The notes below the pieces were generated by a model. The model was not told the DNA's origin, did not search any database, and saw nothing but the letters and a program-made list of their open reading frames with translations. Below are positions 19,314 to 25,249 of a stretch of DNA of 32,000 nt, piece by piece. This DNA comes from Candidatus Saccharimonadota bacterium (lineage in GTDB: Bacteria > Patescibacteriota > Saccharimonadia > Saccharimonadales > Saccharimonadaceae). The stretch lies in contig CP064995.1 of assembly GCA_016700015.1 (NCBI GenBank), positions 270,001-302,000 of the forward strand, given 5' to 3'. A program made the position numbers and the translations under genes. Position 1 is the stretch's first letter. Each line of letters starts with the position of its first letter.

Positions 19314-19703
19314 ATGATTGCGTTGTTCATTGTGCTGGCATCAGTTGTCGGCCTCGTTGCGTACACCGCCATCGGCGCCTACGCCATGGGCTGGGTCAAG
19401 CCCTACGCCAGGCTGATGTGCGATGACATCGGATGTCGTGGTGGTTATGGTTGCATGCACCATTACATCCCGCCCTGGACCGTTGTCGTCTGGTGGGTCA
19501 TGGTGCCCGCCGTTATCGCCCAGCTCGTGGCAACCGATCGATGGCAGCGCTTCCGTCGCCTCGCTCGCGAGGAGCGCGCCGAGGCTCGATTGGAAGATGC
19601 GCGCCAGGCGCGGGACCGCACCGAGCGGCTCATCGCCCAGCTCGACGCCAGTCGCGCCGAGGCTCAGGCGTCCCTGCGGCGCATCCAGGACGTCGCCGCC
19701 TAG
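19314..19703 (+). CDS. Hypothetical membrane protein on a high-GC islet
   Basis: 129 aa. Two TM segments flank a Cys-rich loop (CDDIGCRGGYGC), followed by an R/E/A-rich coiled coil. A TAAGGAG SD lies 6 nt upstream. The third codon position is strongly G/C in this frame. Confidence 0.65.
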   Translation: MIALFIVLASVVGLVAYTAIGAYAMGWVKPYARLMCDDIGCRGGYGCMHHYIPPWTVVVWWVMVPAVIAQLVATDRWQRFRRLAREERAEARLEDARQARDRTERLIAQLDASRAEAQASLRRIQDVAA

Positions 19704-19711
19704 CACCACAA

Positions 19712-19763
19712 GGCCCCCGACTCGATACGAACAGTATCGGGCCAGGGGGCCTGCTTTATTTTA
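19712..19763 (+). terminator. GC-rich hairpin terminator
   Basis: GGCCCCC...CGATAC-gaaca-GTATCG...GGGGGCC followed by TGCTTTATTTT. Confidence 0.5.
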
Positions 19764-19768
19764 CTTAA

Positions 19769-20902
19769 CTAGCAGATAACATTAGCAATTGCCGGTACCA
19801 GTCGCTCATCAAATACACTTGGGATTACTTCATCTGCAGTAGGGTGCTCGACAAGGCTGGCGATTGCCTCGGCGGCGGCTAGCTTGTGCTGATCGGTGAT
19901 TTGCTTCACGCCATTGTCGAGTGCACCGCGGAAGATACCGGGAAAAGCGATGGCATTATTTACTTGGTTAGGAAAGTCGCTCCGACCAGTAGCTACCACT
20001 GCCGCGCCGGCGGCCTTGGCGACACTTGGCATGATTTCAGGGGTGGGGTTTGCGAGTGCAAAGATAATTGGTTGGTCGGCCATCTTTTGCACCATTTCTT
20101 CGGTCAGCAGGCCTGGCTTACTTACCCCGATGAAGATATCCGCCCCAGTGATTGCATCGTCGAGTGAGCCGCTGTGGCTGCGGTCGATAAAATCGAGCAG
20201 CGCTTTCTTCTCGTCATTAAGATCAGTACGACTATCACCAACAATGCCTCTGCTGTCGACGGCGATGATGTTTTTAGCTCCATAGAGATTGAGAAGCTTC
20301 ATGATTGCCGTACCTGCAGCACCTGCACCGATTGTGACAATCTTGCAATCTGCGAGAGTTTTGCCGGTAACTTCCATGGCGTTGATGAGCCCTGCGAGTA
20401 CTACGACCGCCGTGCCGTGCTGATCGTCGTGAAATACTGGCACACCACACACGGCCTTTAGCCGCTCTTCCACCTCAAAGCATTTTGGTGCGGCGATATC
20501 TTCGAGGTTGATGGCGCCAAAGCTTGGGGCAATTGCCTTTATCGTCGCCACGATTTCGTCGGGCGTGTGCACGTCGAGGATGATCGGTACACTGTCAATG
20601 TCGGCAAATGTCTTGAATAGCATAGCTTTGCCCTCCATCACGGGCATACTGGCTCTCGGGCCCACGTCCCCAAGGCCTAGCACTGCCGAGCCGTCACTAA
20701 TAACCGCAACCAGATTGTTGGTCCAGGTGTAGGTAGCTAGCTGCGATGGATCGGCCGCGATTGCACGGCTCACTTCGGCCACGCCTGGCGTATAGTAGCT
20801 ACTGAGTTTCGCTCGGTCAAGCGGGCTTTCGTCGCGGAGTCTGGTGGTGATTTTGCCTTTATATTTGGCATGTAGTTCGAGGGCGAGTTGATTATAGTCC
20901 AT
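19769..20902 (-). CDS. NAD(P)-dependent malic enzyme (short form)
   Basis: 377 aa. LSSYYTPGVAEV, VAVISDGSAVLGLGDVGP, FHDDQHGTA and the Rossmann motif GAGAAG. Confidence 0.9.
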   Translation of the reverse strand: MDYNQLALELHAKYKGKITTRLRDESPLDRAKLSSYYTPGVAEVSRAIAADPSQLATYTWTNNLVAVISDGSAVLGLGDVGPRASMPVMEGKAMLFKTFADIDSVPIILDVHTPDEIVATIKAIAPSFGAINLEDIAAPKCFEVEERLKAVCGVPVFHDDQHGTAVVVLAGLINAMEVTGKTLADCKIVTIGAGAAGTAIMKLLNLYGAKNIIAVDSRGIVGDSRTDLNDEKKALLDFIDRSHSGSLDDAITGADIFIGVSKPGLLTEEMVQKMADQPIIFALANPTPEIMPSVAKAAGAAVVATGRSDFPNQVNNAIAFPGIFRGALDNGVKQITDQHKLAAAEAIASLVEHPTADEVIPSVFDERLVPAIANVIC

Positions 20903-20940
20903 ATCGCCATTATACGCGAACAGGTGCTATAATAGATGGT

Positions 20941-21195
20941 ATGAACGATGACCAGTTTACGAAATTGTTTAATTATATCGTGTCTGTCGACAAGAAACTC
21001 GACGGCGTTATAGAAAACATGGCGACTAAAGACGATATTCGCCGGCTCGAATCTGTCATCGATGGTTATGCTGCGAAACTCGATACGTATGCTCAGGAAA
21101 TGGCAGCAATGGATCACAAAATCCACAGGCTTGAGCGCTATATTCAGGTACTTGCCGACAAAGCCGGGGTCGATCTCGACGCAATTCACGTCTAA
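20941..21195 (+). CDS. Hypothetical small coiled-coil protein
   Basis: 84-aa helical ORF. An extended -10 (TGcTATAAT) lies 7 nt upstream of the ATG. Confidence 0.6.
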   Translation: MNDDQFTKLFNYIVSVDKKLDGVIENMATKDDIRRLESVIDGYAAKLDTYAQEMAAMDHKIHRLERYIQVLADKAGVDLDAIHV

Positions 21196-21268
21196 CCCTT
21201 TTCATACGCGCCAAACTATGCTATAGTTGATAGTCGAATTGTAATAATAAGTAATAAGTGAGTAACAG

Positions 21269-21793
21269 ATGAGTTTTGCATTGATCCAAAAAGTGAACGA
21301 CGAGCAGAAGAAAAAGCAAGTCGTCGATGTACGCAGCGGTGACACCGTGCGCGTACACCAGAAAATCAAAGAAGGCAACAAAATGCGCATTCAGATTTTT
21401 GAAGGCGTGGTCATTCGTACCGATAACAAAAGCCAACAGACGAGCCGCATCACGGTGCGCAAGGTTGCTAGTGGTGTAGGCGTAGAAAAGAGCTTCTTGC
21501 TCCATAGTCCGCTTGTCGAAAAAGTAGAGATTGTTCGCCGCAGCAAAGTTCGCCGCAACTTCCTAAGCTACCTGCGCCAGCGCAGTGGTAAGGGCGCACG
21601 CCTGACGGCCGTGCAGTTTGACCGTGAAGCCGTAAATGCTATCAAAGATGACCACGCTGAAGAAGACGAAAAGCTCATGAAAGAGCAAAAAGCTGCTGAA
21701 GCTGCTGCCAAGCAAGCTGAAAAAGAAGCCGAAGAAGCCGATCTGGCCGCTAAGCAGGCTGAAGTCGAAGCCCGTCACGCCGAAAACACTTAG
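21269..21793 (+). CDS. rplS: 50S ribosomal protein L19 with a ~62-aa charged C-terminal extension
   Basis: The L19 core runs from DVRSGDTVRV to RRNFLSYLRQRSGKGARL, ending near aa 112. An A/E/K-rich tail follows. Confidence 0.9.
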   Translation: MSFALIQKVNDEQKKKQVVDVRSGDTVRVHQKIKEGNKMRIQIFEGVVIRTDNKSQQTSRITVRKVASGVGVEKSFLLHSPLVEKVEIVRRSKVRRNFLSYLRQRSGKGARLTAVQFDREAVNAIKDDHAEEDEKLMKEQKAAEAAAKQAEKEAEEADLAAKQAEVEARHAENT

Positions 21794-21810
21794 TATCCAA
21801 CTTAGATGCA

Positions 21811-21842
21811 AAAATAGCTCTCTAGCCAGGGAGCTATTTTGC
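21811..21842 (+). terminator. Rho-independent terminator of rplS
   Basis: AAAATAGCTC ... GAGCTATTTT stem running into a T-run. Confidence 0.6.
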
Positions 21843-21855
21843 TGCAAATTGAAAC

Positions 21856-21896
21856 GCGGGCGCTCCAAGGATACGGTGTATCCGAGGAGCGCCCGC
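21856..21896 (-). terminator. GC-rich hairpin terminator of the lipoprotein gene
   Basis: GCGGGCGCTCC / GGAGCGCCCGC outer stem with an inner GGATAC-ggt-GTATCC stem. On the minus strand it is followed by GTTTCAATTTG. Confidence 0.55.
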
Positions 21897-21903
21897 ATGG
21901 GCA

Positions 21904-22749
21904 CTACTTCTTTCCGGCCGGCTTCGGCGCCGCCGGCTTGGGTGCCGCTGGCTTGGGTGCGGCCGGCTTACCGACGGTGCCCGGGTTCGCGGCAGAGCCC
22001 GACCCGCCAAACGGCGTGGCCGGCTTGACGCCGTTTGCCTTGGCGTAGGTCGACGCCGACTTGGCGGAATCGACCTTGATGACGCCGCCCTTGCCAATGG
22101 TGGCAGTGGCATCATTCGTGGCCTTCGGCATCGGCATCGTGCGGTAGCCTGCCTTGGGGCTCTTCTGTGCCGTGGCGAAGTCGACGGGCGCCGTGGACGT
22201 CCCGTAGTACACCTTCGTCACGGTGTAGCTTTTGTACGCCGGCTGGCGCAGCCACTGGCCGCCGCCCACCTGCGTATACGGAACGTAGGCCCGTCCGTAG
22301 GAATCGATGCCGACCAGGCTACTGAGAGCCATGTACTGTAGTGGCGACAGGTCACCGCTCAGCATACCATACGTGAGCATGGCGTTGCCGCTCCGATAGC
22401 CCATGACACGGGCCATCATCCAGTAATATAGGAAGTTGGCGTCTTCGTCCTTCTTGACGAAGTGCTGTCCACCACCGACGTCGATGACGCAGACCGTGTC
22501 GTCGCCGGTGGCGTCGCTATACGTCTTGACCTCGTCGCCGTTCTTGGCGGCGTACTCGGCCAGCTGGGTAACCTCAGCCGGTTTCAACTCAGTGTAGCAT
22601 TCGGTCGCATCCTGCTGGTCCAGCGACCAGCCGGGCTGCGACGACGTGCTGTTGTTGCCGCTACACGCGGCGGTGCCGGCCATCAGGCCGAGCGCGGCGA
22701 GCACAGTGATGAAAACGCGGGGGAATCGGAACCTGGACAATGTGACCAC
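21904..22749 (-). CDS. High-GC putative lipoprotein with a C-terminal (PAAPK)3 repeat
   Basis: 281 aa. Signal peptide plus lipobox LMAGTAAC. GC3 is strongly biased in this frame. The start is GTG 22749, or TTG 22740 which has better SD spacing. No family recognised. Confidence 0.75.
   Translation of the reverse strand: MVTLSRFRFPRVFITVLAALGLMAGTAACSGNNSTSSQPGWSLDQQDATECYTELKPAEVTQLAEYAAKNGDEVKTYSDATGDDTVCVIDVGGGQHFVKKDEDANFLYYWMMARVMGYRSGNAMLTYGMLSGDLSPLQYMALSSLVGIDSYGRAYVPYTQVGGGQWLRQPAYKSYTVTKVYYGTSTAPVDFATAQKSPKAGYRTMPMPKATNDATATIGKGGVIKVDSAKSASTYAKANGVKPATPFGGSGSAANPGTVGKPAAPKPAAPKPAAPKPAGKK
21920..21969. repeat. 15-bp tandem repeat, about 3.3 copies
   Basis: GGCTTSGGYGCSGCY units start at 21920, 21935, 21950 and 21965 (the last partial). 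They encode PAAPKPAAPKPAAPKPA on the minus strand. Confidence 0.8.
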
Positions 22750-22810
22750 CCTCTCTGGGGAGTAGTGCGAGGAGCGGGGGAAGGTGCGGCTGCACTATCC
22801 CTTCCTCTAC

Positions 22811-22839
22811 ATTATAGCATAAATACCATAAAAATGCAA
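22811..22839 (-). promoter_or_regulatory. AT-rich sigma70-type promoter for the lipoprotein gene
   Basis: On the minus strand: TTGCAT (22839-22834), a 17-nt spacer, then TATAAT (22816-22811). The leader is about 55 nt. Confidence 0.5.
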
Positions 22840-22859
22840 TATACTCAATAAAATAAATT

Positions 22860-22884
22860 GGGGTAGCGGGTGCTCCGCTACCCC
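22860..22884 (-). terminator. Rho-independent terminator of the 90-aa ORF
   Basis: Perfect 10-bp stem GGGGTAGCGG / CCGCTACCCC with a 5-nt loop. On the minus strand it is followed by AATTTATTTTATT. Confidence 0.65.
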
Positions 22885-22892
22885 GTATGCGA

Positions 22893-23165
22893 CTACGCGT
22901 CCTGAATGCCAGCCGGCACAAATGCACTGTCCTGGACACCTGGCAATTGGTTCTCCTCAACAATCAAGTTGAGGGTAGTCAGGAGAAGCTTATCGGAGTC
23001 GGCCAGACCGTACCCTGTGTAAATTGCTTCACCGAGCCGCTGTTTCATGTTGTCCACGAATGAGTCGAGCGTACCAGACATCCAGATACCCTGGACGCTG
23101 AGACGAGCGGGCGCTTCCCAAGCGTCGCTCATGGCTTCGACGACCAAAATCACTAGCTTGCTCAT
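22893..23165 (-). CDS. Hypothetical 90-aa protein (weak HicB/UPF0150-like impression only)
   Basis: I prefer ATG 23165 (MSKLVILVVEAMSDAWEA...), which has a GAGGAG SD 4 nt upstream. The ORF-track N-terminal extension to 23327 runs into the IS element. Confidence 0.55.
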   Translation of the reverse strand: MSKLVILVVEAMSDAWEAPARLSVQGIWMSGTLDSFVDNMKQRLGEAIYTGYGLADSDKLLLTTLNLIVEENQLPGVQDSAFVPAGIQDA

Positions 23166-23200
23166 GATGCTCCTCGCGGGTAGGCCTCCATTCCGTTTTG

Positions 23201-24225
23201 AATCAGGACACCCGATGCTAGACAATACACACCATGAAGAAAGCATCAAAGGTAACGGATGCCGAGCGAAGCGAGATAGACATCCTCCATACCAAAGGCT
23301 ATTCTGCACGGGCCATCGCCCGTGCATTGGGGCGCAGTCCCAATACCATTGCGACCGAGCTGCAACGCAATAGCCTCAAGGATGGGAGATACGTCGCTAC
23401 CCACGCCAAACACAAAGCCTATGTACGGCGTAAGTATGCTCGCTACCAAGGCAAGAAGATTCAAGACAATGACGAGCTTCGCTCGTTCATCGTCCTGAAA
23501 CTCTCTGAGCACTGGAATCCAGACGAGATAGCCGGCTATCTCAGAGCCAACTCAGCGCTTGGTATCTATGCCAGCAAGACGGCCATCTATGAATGGTTGC
23601 GCAGTGCCTGGGGACAACAGTACTGCCCGTTGCTGTACTCGAAGCGTTACCGCAAGAAACCACGCAGACAACTCAGGGCGGGTCACGTCATGATTCCCGA
23701 CCGCACTTCCGTCACAGAGCGACCGCTGGTCGCTCTAGACCGAGCCGAGACCGGTCACTGTGAATACGACAGCGTCGTGAGCAGCAAGCACCCAGGGAGC
23801 GCCTCTGCACTCGCTGTCCTTACCGAACGGTCTTCACGACTGGTACGAGCGAAGCTCGTACCTAACCTGAAGCCAGAGCCGTACGCACACACCATCTCGC
23901 GACTCGCGAGTGGGCTGGGGGTTCGCAGTATGACGACCGATAACGGCATCGAGAACAGGCGCCACGCACTCGTCACTAATAAGACGGGCGCGCCCGTCTT
24001 CTTTACTGACCCCTATTCCTCTTGGCAAAAAGGCAGTGTCGAGAATGCCAACAAGATGCTGCGTCGCTACTTCCCGAAGGGCACCGACTTTGCTACAGTG
24101 ACACAAACGGATGTTGACAATGCGCTAGCACGCATTAACAACAAGCCGAGGAAGATCCTCGGCTACAAAAGTTCATTACAAGTTGCAAAAGAGAAAGGAT
24201 TAATTCTAGAGGGAGTGTCCTGATT
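23201..24225 (+). mobile_element. Compact IS30-family insertion sequence (about 1025 bp)
   Basis: Terminal inverted repeats AATCAGGACAC at 23201-23211 and its reverse complement at 24215-24225, extending imperfectly inward. They enclose one IS30-type transposase ORF. I found no clear target-site duplication. Confidence 0.7.
23234..24223 (+). CDS. IS30-family DDE transposase
   Basis: 329 aa. N-terminal HTH (GYSARAIARALGRSPNTIATELQRN). DDE candidates are GHCEYDSV, TTDNGIEN and SVENANKMLRRYFPKG. The stop codon lies inside the right IR. Confidence 0.9.
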   Translation: MKKASKVTDAERSEIDILHTKGYSARAIARALGRSPNTIATELQRNSLKDGRYVATHAKHKAYVRRKYARYQGKKIQDNDELRSFIVLKLSEHWNPDEIAGYLRANSALGIYASKTAIYEWLRSAWGQQYCPLLYSKRYRKKPRRQLRAGHVMIPDRTSVTERPLVALDRAETGHCEYDSVVSSKHPGSASALAVLTERSSRLVRAKLVPNLKPEPYAHTISRLASGLGVRSMTTDNGIENRRHALVTNKTGAPVFFTDPYSSWQKGSVENANKMLRRYFPKGTDFATVTQTDVDNALARINNKPRKILGYKSSLQVAKEKGLILEGVS

Positions 24226-24304
24226 GGGGGGTGAATTTAGGTAGGTACAAGTCAACTATATTATACCACGATACGAAAAATATACAATGGTATACACTGG
24301 TGAT

Positions 24305-25249
24305 ATGATACTTGGCATAGACGAAGTTGGGCGTGGGCCGTGGGCGGGACCTTTGGTGGTTGGGGCGGTGGTATTGGGTGGCGCTGAGATAGACGGGCTG
24401 GCCGACAGCAAGAAGCTCACGAAAAAGCGGCGCTATGAGTTGAATATACTCATACGTGAACAGGCTGCTGTAGTGGCGCTGGGGTGGGTGAGTGCCATAG
24501 AGCTCGATGAAATTGGTATGAGTGAAGCGCTTCGGCTTGCTACCAGGCGGGCGGTTGAGCAAATTAAAACACCGTATCACGAAATCATTATCGACGGTAC
24601 AGTAAACCTACTGGAAGGCACGGGGAAGGCAGCCTATGTGACAACCCTGCCAAAGGCAGATGCCCTCGTGCCGAGTGTGTCTGCGGCAAGCATTGTGGCC
24701 AAGGTGGCACGTGACACCTATATGGCCGAGCAGGATGCGATTTATCCGGGCTATGGCTTTGCGAAGAATGCTGGCTATGGCGTGGCGGCGCACCGACAGG
24801 CTATCGAAAAACTTGGCGTGACACCGCTTCACCGACTCAGCTTTGCACCGCTTATGCACTATCGCCAAACTACGGCCGATACGCAGGGTATCGTACCTGC
24901 TCGTATAACTAAAACAACCAAAAGTATTGGCAACGCCAGCGAAACGGTCGTCTGCAACTACCTAGAAAGTCATAACTACGAGATTGTTGCGCGTAACTGG
25001 CGCACCAAATGGTGTGAAATCGATATTGTCGCCCATAAACACGGCACATTATATTTCGTAGAGGTGAAACATCGCAAAAATGACAAAGCAGGGGACGGAC
25101 TGGCAGCGATTACGCCCAAAAAACTAAAGCAAATGACATTTGCTGCCAAACTGTATGCCGTGGCACATAGTGGCTCCAATCTGCAGCTGGCCGTCGCCAG
25201 TACGGCCGGTGAGCCACCGCAACTAGTTGAGTTTTTGAAACTTACATAG
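24305..25249 (+). CDS. rnhB: Ribonuclease HII fused to a YraN/UPF0102-family endonuclease domain
   Basis: N-terminal GIDEVGRGPWAGPLVVGAV...DSKKL...GYGF is RNase HII. C-terminal SETVVCNYLESHNYEIVARNWRTKWCEIDIVA...LYFVEVKHR is YraN-like. It is one uninterrupted ORF. The ORF track starts at 24287, but ATG 24305 has a -10 (TGgTATACAct) just upstream. Confidence 0.85.
   Translation: MILGIDEVGRGPWAGPLVVGAVVLGGAEIDGLADSKKLTKKRRYELNILIREQAAVVALGWVSAIELDEIGMSEALRLATRRAVEQIKTPYHEIIIDGTVNLLEGTGKAAYVTTLPKADALVPSVSAASIVAKVARDTYMAEQDAIYPGYGFAKNAGYGVAAHRQAIEKLGVTPLHRLSFAPLMHYRQTTADTQGIVPARITKTTKSIGNASETVVCNYLESHNYEIVARNWRTKWCEIDIVAHKHGTLYFVEVKHRKNDKAGDGLAAITPKKLKQMTFAAKLYAVAHSGSNLQLAVASTAGEPPQLVEFLKLT

Noticed and set aside
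19341-19779. Three additional long ORFs (122, 118 and 111 aa) overlapping the 19314-19703 gene on both strands
   Set aside because: Long open frames are expected by chance in stop-codon-poor high-GC DNA. Only the 19314 frame has an SD and G/C-dominated third positions.
21920-21969. Short tandem repeat considered as a CRISPR-like or regulatory array
   Set aside because: The units are contiguous 15-mers with no spacers, and they lie in frame inside a CDS, where they encode a PAAPK repeat.
21834-22963. Alternative-frame ORFs in and around the lipoprotein region (21834-22115 minus, 21839-22048 plus, 22462-22851 plus, 22661-22963 minus)
   Set aside because: This is the same high-GC artefact. Their products are Arg/Pro/Ala-rich and low in complexity, with no start signals. 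The lipoprotein frame has a signal peptide, a lipobox, a promoter and a terminator.
23193-24235. Target-site duplication flanking the IS30-family element
   Set aside because: The flanking bases (TTG on the left, GGG on the right) do not match. I therefore report the element without a target-site duplication and flag the uncertainty in its ends.
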